DNA of 64,000 nucleotides from Tubiluchus corallicola (lineage: Eukaryota > Animalia > Priapulida): positions 491,005-555,004 of the forward strand of contig JAQGDQ010000119.1 of assembly GCA_030141605.1 (NCBI GenBank), given 5' to 3'. Below the pieces are notes generated by a model. It was not told where the DNA came from. It ran no database searches and saw nothing but the letters and a program-made list of their open reading frames with translations. Below are positions 1 to 12,269 of the stretch, piece after piece. The translations under genes were made by a program, and so were the position numbers. The number at the start of each line of letters is the position of its first letter. The first letter of the stretch is position 1.

Positions 1-801
1 AAATTATACATTCTTAACACCAATAATACTGCAAAAGCATTTCTGATAATTAAATAATAGATTAAAATCTTAATTAATGGTGGGCGATTAATGGCATAAA
101 AAATGAACAAACATTCCAACAACATGTTACATGTGTTTGCAAAAGAAGTTTGCAGTACAGTGCTACTAAAAGAGATTCATTATGTTGTACTAAAACTCAG
201 CAGGTTTTTTATAAAAATTCAAATTTCAAGTTTACCGCTGTGCTCACGCATGAGCTGCCGAATGTGCTTACTACGTCACAAACAAACACCACTGAACTGA
301 ACTGTGTTGCAAAAGAAACGTGCACTAAAAATCTTATGTTAAAACATATAAAAATAATTAAGCATTGTCATAACAAGTTATACTAGTTATATGGTAGGAA
401 AACTGGGACAATAATGAGACAAATATAATATTATTTTATGTCACTATGGTGCCACAATGCAGAAGTCCTGGTTCACTTTGCCATACATGTCATAATAATC
501 TACTTCACTGCTTCCTTTGGGATACTCTGATCTAGACACTGTTAGGAAATAACACTCATCAGCTTTGCTAGACATCTCCAAGTCCTTGCTGTCTTTAATT
601 TTATTCAGTTTTAATTCATTTCAACATTTAAAAATTTTAACCCGACATCAATTGACAAGTTTCAAAGAATTATGCAATTCAAGTAGGAACAAACACCTGT
701 GTACTCTGGAACCCAGAAACCATTCTTTATACCCAGAAACATATCAGACCAAAATAATGGCTGTATGTATATTGTGGAAGTTCATAATGGTGAAAACAAA
801 C

Positions 802-1692
802 CTTTTATCTCTTGATATTTTCAGTAATCGTCGCTGACATTTCTTCAATTCTTCTTGAAATGAAATATTTTCCTAGAAAAATATCGTAGTCTTGTTCAAT
901 GAATGATTAACTGACCACAAACACAAGATTGTGTGGAGCTGGGGCACAAAAGAGCTCCAAGTTACCTAAGTTTGGGTTGCCTAACTCCCTACATTTTCTG
1001 AGTTGTAACAGATCTGAAATCTTGAACCACCCAATTAAAACTGCTGGCCATACAATACCACTAAAGGGTACTGATTGGCTAACTGAAGCTCGTCCCCTGT
1101 CTGATATAAGAAGGACTAAATGGTTGACTGTCCTGCATTATTTTTTTAAGGTGTATGTGACACATAATCTTAAACCAGTGTCTCACAGTCAACAGCATGT
1201 CCAATAAGATATATCCGCCATTTGACAATATAATAACTCAAGTCCTTTCATTAACACATGTTTTGAATCTGTCCACCACCTGGTATTACAAGAACCCAAA
1301 GTTTGGTTTATACATATAAACCACTTGTAGTTTCATGTCGCCTTATTAACCAGTCTGACTTCCTGGCTTGCAATTGGAAAGTATTCACTAACAAGATAAA
1401 CTGAGAAGATAGCACTACTGAGCGATTAAAGTATAATTCATAGGCGATCATGTTTAGTTCCATTTATCCATTTATAATATGAATGGCATCTAAGTACAAA
1501 CAATTAAAGTAACTTTTGAGACGCTCTTTGAGGCTTTTAACAATTCCAGCAATACAAAAGTATCATTTGACGGGAATATCATGGTAAAGCGTTGGACATA
1601 CTTACATAAACTAAGAACTTTAACTTGGTCTTTAGAGTTTTGTACTTATGTTTGTAGTTGACCTCTTCAGTCATTGAAGCTAAGTTTGACAT
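802..1692 (-). CDS. INO80E: INO80 complex subunit E, 5' coding exons 1-2 (gene continues beyond the left edge)
   Basis: Minus-strand exon 1692-1606 (MSNLASMTEEVNYKHKYKTLKTKLKFLVY, donor gtaagt) and exon 872-802 (ENISFQEELKKCQRRLLKISRDK+AG, acceptor tttctag, donor gtttgt) join in frame. They match the INO80E N-terminus as recalled for human ([42 protein letters not shown]). Absent from the ORF track. Confidence 0.9.
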
Positions 1693-3079
1693 GATATTAG
1701 AAGATGTCCAGCAAAGCTAAATAGCAAATGAAAAACTAATAAGATTGCGACATTGACGGCATCAGCTGCAGAATCTGAAACTCGCAGTACGTTAGTTTTA
1801 TAGATATGGTTGATGATCTCTCGTATGCTAAAAAACTTAAATCTTATCAAGAAGTAAATGCGGTTGTTTAACTGAAATATGTGACTTCAATTTGCCAATA
1901 TTTATCTTTCCATTTTTCTCTTTTAATCAATACCCAGGCACATACTAGAGAACACATAAATAATAAGCCTATTTTTAAACAATGATTAAACATTGATATG
2001 CTATCATTTTAAGTTTTTGATTCTGAAATTGGCCAGTGAAATATGCTCTACCTACAGATTTGTGCTTTATTTTTAAAAAAAGCTCAATAGTAATCTGCTC
2101 TTAATCTTAAAGAGATTTTTTTGGCTTCCATAACTTACTGAAGTTTAAGTAAACCTATGGTGGCAATCAACATGGGCTGACAAAGTAATTCATGTTCTGG
2201 ATTATGATTTTACCTTACAATTTACTTTTTATAGTGACCTAAAACTGAACTCGGTTGTGACCTTTCTCACAGGTGCCTTAGCCTTAAGCAGTTGAATGAT
2301 GGTGCATCTATGGTTGCTATTGGAAACCTACACCACGGGTTCACAACAAGGGAGACAAAAAACGGGAATGGATGTTGGTTTGAAAATAAAGAACAGATAG
2401 TTTTGAACAATGTCTATGAGGACTCAAGAAAAGAAGATATCTTCCTGTAAAACTAGTTAAGCCCTTGATGATTTTAAAACAATTAATGAGATCAACAGCT
2501 TTCTGTCGCTGTTCCAGGGTAATTACAGTGGACTGGTCAATGTTGTTTGTTAATGGCAAAGCTTTAGTATGCAAAATTGAAAAATTAATTGATTATTTCA
2601 TACCATAGAGGCTAGCCTGAAATGTAAAATCACCAGGCTAGCTGAATACCTGATATGGGTAGCGCTAGCGATGTGAGAAATCTTTGAATTTGATAGAGAA
2701 AGTCGCCAGCACTTCTCACTGTGCAAGTACACTGTCGGCACAACAGTCAGCCCAACATGTTTGTTACTGAGGCACGAGTGGGGAAAACGACAAAAGTTTG
2801 TTGACGTCAAGTTGATGTCCTAAGCTACAGGCTAGGAGACACTCACACTTACTCGACATCACCACGCACAGCCTTGTTAAGATACTAGTCAATCTCAATG
2901 GTTTGGGCCTCACTTTTCTACCTGCCTCGCTGTGTACTACATAGCCTTGTTTTTACTGCCATGTAGCACCTTGCCATGTACTCCAACAGCATGTTGTCAT
3001 AAAGCGGTACAAGGCACTACACAGTGAGATGGCACATGGTGCTATGGTGCGAGGGGAGACGTTCGAATGTGTGCCATAT

Positions 3080-3127
3080 TAGTAGTAGTAAAAATTTTAT
3101 AGACAACTAAAAGTTTTACTACTACTA
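3080..3127. repeat. Near-perfect palindrome (20-bp arms, 8-nt loop)
   Basis: tagtagtagtaaaaatttta-tagacaac-taaaagttttactactacta has one mismatch between the arms. It lies in a CpG-richer patch (about 2860-3220) that is probably a transposon remnant. Confidence 0.7.
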
Positions 3128-4338
3128 GTACTAATGACTAGTAATGTGATACACATGGCGACGGTACGTGGCACTGTTATATATAGGAAAGTCCAGTAAG
3201 CGCGAACGACGGACGTAGTGTTATTATATCATACAATTATAACATTAATAATACACTGAACAGGTAAAGCTTTTAGTTTTGTTACGACATTGTATAAAGA
3301 CGAATGCCTATCCAACAACCTTATTTGGTGAAAGCGGTGGTTGCTCATTAGTCAGCCACTAGAGTTTCGACTCCCCTACCTTGGAGTGTAACTCGCCTAC
3401 TAATTTCGCAGGAAGTGATATTTTTAGAAAAAAAGAAAAAACAACGTTTAACCTGAAACTTGGAATCTAAATCTTATACTTCGCTCTGCACACGAATAAC
3501 AATATGGACTATCTTTAACTTTGTACGCAGGATATGGCAAGAACTTGCCGAAGCAATGCCTCACGGGATATCTTCCTCTTAACCAAAGGCTGCAGCGAAG
3601 TATGAGTATTTTTAGTTTCTGTAGATATAAATCTATAGTCATCGTTCTTATAAAGCGATATTAGCGTAATTTCTCACTGAAAATAAGTTTATGATTTCTT
3701 CATAATTTGTGAGCGTGATACAGTATTTCACTTTAGCGCGGTTTATTAATACTGTGTTGTAGGTTTTTTAGAACTCAAAATAGCATAAAAATTATAAGGT
3801 CTTGTGATTTGGACCATCGACATTTCATATTATTTAAATTTTATTCATGTTTGCGTATGTGTTTTGGTACAGCCGTTGTTTTTTGTAAAAGTTGTTGTAA
3901 AGGGGTATAACTGTTAGGACTTAGGACTGTTAATAAAAAATTAATACGTCCTCTGTTAACAACAAGAGATGCTAAGGCATTGAATTTTGCTTTAAACATT
4001 GAGTTGTTTACCTGTTACATTAACCAAAATACTGAGTGGTTTTAACTTTGAAATTTTTTTTAAATGCATTAACTTTAATAAAAGGTATAAATAAGCACCT
4101 ATTTTCAATATGTACATGTAAGTTGTCACATATTACTTTTTAACCGTCCTTATCATTTACAGTATAAATGAAATTTATAAACAAACAAAAGATTAACGGT
4201 AAAATAAATAAAATTAGTTTGTTTTCATTTGGTCGCAATGTATATATTGAATATTCATGTAAGATTAGATGTATAATCTTTATGGGTGTTAAAGATAAGG
4301 TTTTTGGAAATAATAAAAGTTGTGCACATGTTAATATA

Positions 4339-4350
4339 CTCTTTTTTTTC
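4339..4350 (+). promoter_or_regulatory. Candidate 5'TOP/TCT pyrimidine initiator of RPL6 (alternatively the polypyrimidine tract of an acceptor at 4362)
   Basis: ctcttttttttc lies 15 nt upstream of the RPL6 ATG. Ribosomal protein genes typically start at a C followed by a pyrimidine run. Confidence 0.45.
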
Positions 4351-4365
4351 TGAAACTCAAAGGCC

Positions 4366-7300
4366 ATGGCGACGGAAACAAAGACAAGGAAGCCTCGGAA
4401 TTACAGGCTCCCAGGTGGAGTGATGCGTTTCTCACGGAGCCGAATGTATAAGAAACACGCACTGTACAAAAAGAACCGTTCCCATCCACCCAGGGAAAAG
4501 CCGAAGCGAGAAGCTGCTATCGTTACAAAAAAAATTGGCGGAGACAAAAATGGTGGTGAAAGAAAAGTTAGGGTGCACAGAATGGTAAGTATTAGTAACC
4601 TTATCAAATAGAGATTAATAGGATTTTTGTATGTGCAACTGCGCGTATATATGTAAGCAGGCAGAGATTATGCAAAAACTTTTTTCCTTTTATGCAGTGT
4701 AGTAAACATCTTTTGCCAAAACTTAATCTTTTAATTGACCAAATTGGTAAACATAAAAAAGATTCCAATGTTTTGTACATTTTGGCTCAATGCATGTACT
4801 TGCAAATTACAAATATTTATGTTTAAAGCCTAGATATTATCCCACTGAAGACAAGCCCAGGAAACCTAAAACAAGGAAGACATGCTTCAGTAAGCATGTA
4901 CGCAAACTTCGCCCCTCCATCAAGCCTGGCACCGTTCTCATTCTGTTGGCGGGGCGCCACAAAGGAAAACGTGTCGTTTTTCTAAAGCAGTTGCAGAGTG
5001 GCCTCCTACTTGTAACAGGTAGGTAGACTTGTTCCTTGTGCCATTTAATTGTCAATGTACAAGTACAGGTGCAACATTTTGAGCTTTTTCTCTTGAATTA
5101 TTATTTTCTGAAAATTCCGCTGCTTCAAACTACAACATGTTAAGGAGAATTTTATTGTTTCTGTTAAAGTAGAACTAATTTCCCAGATAAAGCTTTTCAT
5201 AGTCATTATCATCGTTCTCCTTACTAAAGCTCTTTCAGCTCTAAATTCGTTACCAAAAATTATCGTATAAAGTCTTATCAGATTAGTAATTATACTAGTA
5301 TGAGTAAGTTCGAGCTTGGTAATGATAGGTTAATTGGTGATTTACTTAGGATGGAGTGCAGGCTTACTCATTAACTGAATTGTAATGGTTTGTGTGTTTA
5401 GCAACCCAGGTTAAGCAGTACCAAGTTTGATCATTAAATGGAGAGACTATTATAATGGTAAAAGTTACCAGCGTTTGTGTTTTTATCACTTGTGTGAAAT
5501 CTTTAATGGTGTGTTAAGCAAAATGCCTTTTAAGGACTGAACAAATAGTCTTTTTTTGAGTGCATATATTAATACTTTTGTTCCAAATGCTAAAACTTCT
5601 TTATTCATACATAAGAGAATGAAACGCTGTTTGTCCTTTTTTACTCATCTAAATACGTGACATTTTTACTGTTTCAGGACCTTTTAGAATTAACGGTTGT
5701 CCACTTCGCCGGATTAACCAGATCTATGTAATTGCAACGCAGACTCAAATCGACATCAGCGATGTGGCGATTCCAGATCGCTTAACTGACGACTATTTTA
5801 AGCGAAAAAAGATAAAGAAGCCCAAACATGCAGAGGGTGATATATTTGAAAAAGCTACAGAGGTATGAGTGAGTTTCTATTTTGCAACATTTGCTTTTGC
5901 AACTGAGTGGTTTTCAGTTTTTCTATTTTGTCACACAAGCTTTGCAACCGAGTGATTTTCAGTTTTACAAATAATTTGCTTATACAGTAGCTGCCGCTTA
6001 ATAGACTCACTTTGGAACCGGCGTGTTTTGACGCAATTAACCTACTGAACATATTAACCGATGGGTATTACAGGTACAGAAGTATGATTCATTAGCTTAC
6101 TATGCACTGCAAAGATTTTTAATGAATTTTGGAAGTGAAGTAATGCCTAAGTTCCTTTGTGCAGTTAAAAATTAGAAAAACATAGAAAAAACACAAAAGT
6201 GAATAAGCAATAAATTAAAAGTATACTTTTCTAAATCACAGACTTTTCTAAGTCTGTTTATTTGCAAAAATTACAAAAATTCCTTCAAAGTCAGCTGCTT
6301 CATTTTCTCGCTCAGAAGTTAGCCCACAAAGTGCTCGTAATTATGAAAATGTTGAAAATCTGTTGCTGTGCGTGACTAAAACAGTTCTGAATCGTCTGCT
6401 CACTTACATTGCTCTTACTTGTTGAACGATGTTTACTCTTGTAAGTCACAAGGAATACCGGCTGATTACTGTACCTGCATCTTTGACTGTTAACTCATTA
6501 AGCCTAAAAGCATGATTTGCAACGAGAGCATCAAAAGGAAACCGCAAGACAAGTGATTAAATGTTTAGCTTCCAGAATTCTTTGGGCAACAGTGGGTGAG
6601 CAGTTAACAGATTCAAAGCAAAACCGCTACGCTAGCGTATTAGCGCATGGTAAACGTACCTGCTTACAAACAAAACAGTACTTAACATGGTTGTTTCTGC
6701 ATACATAGTGCACAAAAGGGAAGTAAAGATGACTAGGTGAAGGAAAAATATTGAGTCAATTATGCGGAGTTATTTGAGTCAGTTACCGATAGTTTTTATG
6801 TATATTTATATATTTTTGAATAGGAGCGGCCCGTTCCAGGCATTTTTAAGTCAATTAAGTGATTGAGTCTATTAACCATGTGCCTATTAAGTAGCGCCTA
6901 CTGTAGTACTTGATTTGGTCTGCTGTAGGTTACCAGTATGTAAGGTGTGCACATGTATAAGGGTATATGTTACAATACAGCACACTGTGCTCACAGCAAT
7001 GTATTGCTGAAAGATATTGTAATATCAGTGAAAGATTTTCAATGTTCTGTTAATAATTCTCTCATTGTTTTCCTGTAATTACTTATTTTACATAACATAC
7101 AAGACATTGTTCTCACTGCAAGGGATTTCTTTGTGCAGTGAATGACACAAAGCTGTTGTGCTCCTGGAATGTAGCTAAACTTATTTAGTTGTTGTAGCTA
7201 AACACTGATTATACATTTGTACTTGAGTTTTGGTTCAGTTTTCCAACCGATTATAAAAACATATTGCATTCAGTGCATTTTATAGTAACCAAAGAAAATG

Positions 7301-7835
7301 ATAACTAATGTGCCAAATAAAAAGTTTTTAATCATTACATGCAATTAAACTTGAACAAGCCATGTTTACTCAAATGTGTTTTTTACAAGTGTTTAACAGA
7401 AATAGGATTAGTTAGTTGAATTCTGACCAGTGACCTGTACTGGATTGCCTAAGGAAGTAGCTAACTGCATAAACTAAGATAAAAATCTGTGTCCTTAAAC
7501 TACCTTCCGTAAAACTAAAGGTTAATCAAATAAACTCATGAAAACAGTACTAAATTAGAACGTTTGAAAAAAATTTGCAGGACCGCTGGGTCTTCACCCA
7601 ACACTTACGACCTTTTGGGCAACTGTGCTGAGATAAATATTTGTGTTGACAGGTGATTGTATCTTTTTTTCAGAAATATGAAGTAACTGATGAAAGAAAG
7701 GAAGACCAACGAACTGTTGATTCTGCACTGCTGGATGCCATTCGCAAACACGAAGACAAGAAGCTTCTGTTTGGTTATCTTGGAGCTATGTTTTCATTGA
7801 AAAACCATCAGTATCCCCATGCAATGGTATTCTAA
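4366..7835 (+). CDS. RPL6: 60S ribosomal protein L6 (eL6), complete, 4 exons
   Basis: Exons 4366-4584, 4829-5018, 5678-5862 and 7674-7835 are all GT-AG with consistent phases (0,1,0). Motifs: [65 protein letters not shown] follows at about 7867. Confidence 0.97.
5985..6903. mobile_element. Non-autonomous Tc1/mariner-pogo-type element (MITE) in RPL6 intron 3
   Basis: Structure TA|CAGTAGCTGCCGCTTAATAG ... CTATTAAGTAGCGCCTACTG|TA, with imperfect TIRs starting CAGT, a TA target duplication and subterminal ttaatagactca/tgagtctattaa repeats. Confidence 0.8.
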
Positions 7836-8135
7836 GCCACATTGCTGTATAGTTTATTCTGTATAAATTAAAGGTTGATGCAGAGAGAATGGATGTTAGA
7901 GTTTTTTTGTGTGTTGTGTTTTGCATTTCTACAGTTGGTTTATAATGTGTGTTTGCATATTTTGTGCTACCGAGTTGAATTAATTGCTGGGTAACAAAGG
8001 TCTAGCATAAATACCATGACACTGAAGAGCAATATCCTGTTTGTGTTAAGAGCATTTATTCTGTTAATTTTTCAGTTTTTTCAGATACATACAAATGCAT
8101 GCTTGTGTTAGTGCAGTTATACAATTTTAGTTTAA

Positions 8136-8664
8136 AGGAAAACTGGACGATTGTTTAGACTCAATCTCATATTAATTTACTGTCAAAATATACATTTTCT
8201 TGCCTATAAAAGTTAACAATTGTTTCTTATATTTGAATAATTAGCTTAGAAAGTTAACTAACAGCAACCGAACACGGCTATTGCTTACGTCAGACACTAA
8301 CCATAAATTGTCCAATGCCTGGCATCTTCCCTTGCGTGTCAAGCATGTTTGCATAAGTGTTACTGCTTAAACGCGTGATGTCATGAAAATGCGCTCTATG
8401 TCATATGACGTCAGAAACTAACACTGCAGTTTGTGATCATGGTTATCACAGTAACGCCTTCTATTTGACGGCCACACGAATGTGTCGAAAAGGCGCTGTT
8501 GCCAATCTTAGTAGATTCATTGAGCCGCGCAAAGTTTAACAAAATTTGAGTACTGAGATAATCACTATTTAATCTAATGTTTGATTTTAAAAAAAGCTAT
8601 TGTAATTTTCATATTTTACAGCATTCATTCTGAACTAATTTTTACACAATTGTCCGGTTTTCCT
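8136..8664. mobile_element. Kolobok-type MITE
   Basis: Structure TTAA|AGGAAAACTGGACGATTGT ... ACAATTGTCCGGTTTTCCT|TTAA: 19-bp TIRs with 2 mismatches and a TTAA duplication. Purine-purine termini favour Kolobok over piggyBac. Confidence 0.8.
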
Positions 8665-11398
8665 TTAACAACAAGGATTTCCTTGGATTACTTGAACTAT
8701 GAGAGGAGAAATACTCATTCACAAATGCAAAGTAGCAAGAAATGATAATAAAATTCAAATCATGTAATATTTGAACACTTACAGATTCAGTAAAGCCATA
8801 ATAGGTCATAAAAGCAATTCAGATAGATTTGTAACGCGAAAGTTAAGATGTAACAAATTTTAAACCTGTTGCATAGAATAATTCAGTGGATCTTTCTTGG
8901 TGCAATTATATGAGTAAATTTATTTATCTTGCTGAATTTCCAAGGTGTTTTACTACTGTTTCAGCATATCAGAAGTGTACTATACAATCTTTTTACTTGT
9001 CTGATTTTCTAGTTCCTGTTTTCAGATGGTATTATTTGCTCTTTAATGATAAGATGAAAAAGTGGAAAGAAGATATGCTTTGGATTGTCTTTAAAAACAT
9101 TAGTTAAAGGGTATGAACAGAGCTTCAATAGGATGAGAATTGAACTTAAGATCCTGCTACGCATTCTGCGTGTGCTCATAAGCTTGCCTTTTGAATCCCC
9201 AGCAATGGGATGGTTTTGGGTCGTCTTAGTCTCCACTCTTTCTCTTCGTATTGATCCAGTGTGTTTGGCAAGGTTGATGTGGCATGAATTTCCATGCTAT
9301 TAAGTTTGATCTGCTCCGATCACAACTCTCAAGTTTACAGGCCTTCCAGCTTTCCACACAAATGTTGAGAACATGCTTAATTCTCGATTAATTCAGCAAT
9401 ACTTTGATGCAATAAATTGTTTTGTATTATTACTTTTGCACTTCCCCAGTAAAAGGCTATGTTACCCTCATCGCCTGTAAATTTGGTACAGGGTGCCTCA
9501 TTAGTTGTTTCCTCGGTGTCCACTCTATCTGGTTAGATAGGCACAAATGAATGTCACCGTGCAAGACACAAGTAATGTAATCAACCTTGATGCTTATAAA
9601 CCGTTTATGATTATTATTGTTTTGAATAAATTTGCAGTACGACACCTCTTCTTTTCAGTTTCCATTGCTATTTGAACAAATTCCACCAACTGCTTTGCTA
9701 TTTGTGGGTCTTCTGACTCAATCAGATTTTGGAAATTTACTTCTGTAATTGGTAGCACATTTCTTATCACCATACAGTTGAATAGATGCTCTGTCGTATC
9801 TGCTTCTTTACCACATAGTGGGCACCATAGATCTCCTTTAAACTTACTTCTATAATTACATTTTAGTGGTAGCATATTGAGCTTTATCTCTAAAACCCTT
9901 TTTGTCTGTTCTGGTGTTAACTCAGTTATATACTGCTTGGGTTTATCATGCACATAAGTTAAAAACCTTAACTTTGTGTCCGTGTATATCTGGTGATGTG
10001 CAGTAACTTTAATAAATTTCCTTGTGTTTTCTTTTACATCTTTCTTCCAAACTGACTTTTTAAGAGTCTTTATATGCCCAAACAGTATACCTATATCATA
10101 TTTCTCACTAAGACTTCTAACTTCTTCTGTCCATCTTCCTTCTATTTCTTTGCTCCACAAACTTTCCATCAGTTTCGTGCATCTCTGGACTCACTTGATT
10201 TTACTATATTATGTAAAAGCATCAGTCTCTTGTAATCTATTCTTTGTTCAATCGGCCACACACGTATTTCTATTAGCATACCCCATTAACTAGTTGACCT
10301 TCTGTGACAGTAGTTTTTGTAACGTATCCTTCTGAATTTTTTCCATCCTGCCCATTTCTACTTTTGTTACTACACTCCATGTTTCTGTATTGTAAATCAC
10401 TCCAGGTATCATAATTGATGTATCCGCCTTATCTCCACTGCAAATCTACCAACTTTGTTTGTATCACTCCAATTTAAAACATCCGTCACCGTACATCACA
10501 CTTTTTCTTCTCTTTTAGAAATATTTACATCTTTTTTTTCATTCTCTTGTATATAATCCCCTAGATATTTATACTATGTGGTTCCATTGATCTGTCCTTT
10601 TTAACTCTTACCCCAGTATTATATTGAATAGTTTGGCTTCTTTTTTTGTTGTTTCCTATTCTTAGTATCTGTGATTTTTTGTGCTAAAAGTCATTTTTTG
10701 ATCTTTCAAAGAACCCACAATTATGCACCTCATTATGTCTTTGCTCATCGTTGCCCATACCTGCAATGTCATCTACATATACTCTTGCATTTATTCTTAA
10801 GTTAGGTCCTACTGCAACTTCTAGACTCCTTCCAACACTGTTAATTCTGTCAGTTATTACACTACACATTCTAGGACCCCATACTGTTCCTTGATACACT
10901 ATTTCACCAAGTTCTAACCAGTTAGTTTCTCCCACAGGTGTTTCTATTACTGCCCAACCTTTCTTATTCATTTCATAAATCTGACAAATGTCTTTCATCC
11001 AATTTCAATCAAACAGTCTCTTAGCCACAGTTTATCAAAACATTTCTCTGTATCAAGGAAAACTAGTTTTAGCACTTGGCCTACCCATTTGTAATATTCA
11101 ATTATTCAGTAATTTGTAAAGATATGGTCAGAAGTTCCTCTTTTTCGCCTCCCACCGCATTGACTTTCTGTAATCTCGTTTTCTAAAAGTTTTTCGTTTC
11201 TTTTCTAAAATATCCTTCCATATAATTTCATCAGTGTATTTGTTAAAAATACTCCTCTTCTGTTGGTAATATCATGTCTGTTAAAACCTCTTTTTTATTG
11301 ATTTTATTTTCATTTGTTTCCACTGATCAGGAATTTCAAATTCCTTAACTTGGTTCAACATTCTTGCTATACTTTTAAATCTTTGCCTGCATATGTTA

Positions 11399-12269
11399 AC
11401 TTTGTGACCACAGTTATACAAATCTGGATCCAGAAAAGCTACTGTCATGAATAGAATTAGAGCGCAATTATGCTAATAAAACGAAATTCCCTACAACTAT
11501 AGACTTGGAATATGCCGTTGATATTGCACGGATAGCAAGAACCAAAGATGATATCAAAATCAAAGTAGAAACAAAATTTAGAGAAATGGATCTCATACTA
11601 AATAAATGTAAAATAGAAGAGTACCACATAAAAAGGAATGGAGATGATGTGTGGAAGAAATATAAATACTTAGGCAGTCTTCTAGCAACAGATGAAGATA
11701 TATCAAGCAAAAAAATCTTAACACTAGCTGCATATTCCAAATTAACAAAAATTTTTGAAAGTAAGAGGATCAGTCTAGATGCAAAATCAAGAATCTTTGC
11801 TGCACTTGTGGAAACTGTGTTTCTCTATAACTCAGAATTATGGACAATTAAAGCACAACACACATCTGAAATTGATGCATTTCAAAGAAGAAACTACAGG
11901 AATATTCTGTGAATAAAATGGCCAAAGAAAATATCAAAGCAGGATCTGTACAATAAACTCAAGACAGAGGAATGGACAATTAAAATCAAAAGGAGAAGAT
12001 TAAGATGGATAGGACATATTATGCAAATGCCAGTTGACAGTCCACTAAAGGTACATAAAGTTTCAAAGAGCATTACATAAAGAAAAGAAACCGAAAGAAG
12101 GACAGCTGCTGACTTACATCAATTTCATCCAAAAGATCTTATCAACACCCCGTTAGATATCAAAAATACAGAGACATGAGAGGATGCGAGTGATGATAGT
12201 ATGCGAGTATGGAGTAAAGTGATCAGGGGGGTCATGTGAAACGACGTGTGACTCCAGAGATGATGATGA
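11399..12269 (+). mobile_element. 5'-truncated RTE-clade LINE inserted in the host LINE ORF2
   Basis: Encodes LEYAVDI (degenerate YADD), KYKYLGS, FLYNSELWT, IDAFQRR..RNIL and RRRLRWIGHI, and ends in a (GAT)n tail at 12259-12270. Removing it rejoins the host reading WSNEMI|TYAGKD with a 3-bp TTA overlap. Confidence 0.85.

Noticed and set aside
3448-3642. 64-aa minus-strand ORF as the first coding exon of INO80E
   Set aside because: The homologous INO80E N-terminus is already fully encoded from ATG 1692, and this ORF has no family resemblance. It is more likely 5' UTR or promoter.
4401-5055. Minus-strand ORFs overlapping RPL6 exons (and similar shadows over the racemase, sulfotransferase and LINE ORFs)
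   Set aside because: They are antisense or alternate-frame shadows of real coding exons with no independent motifs.
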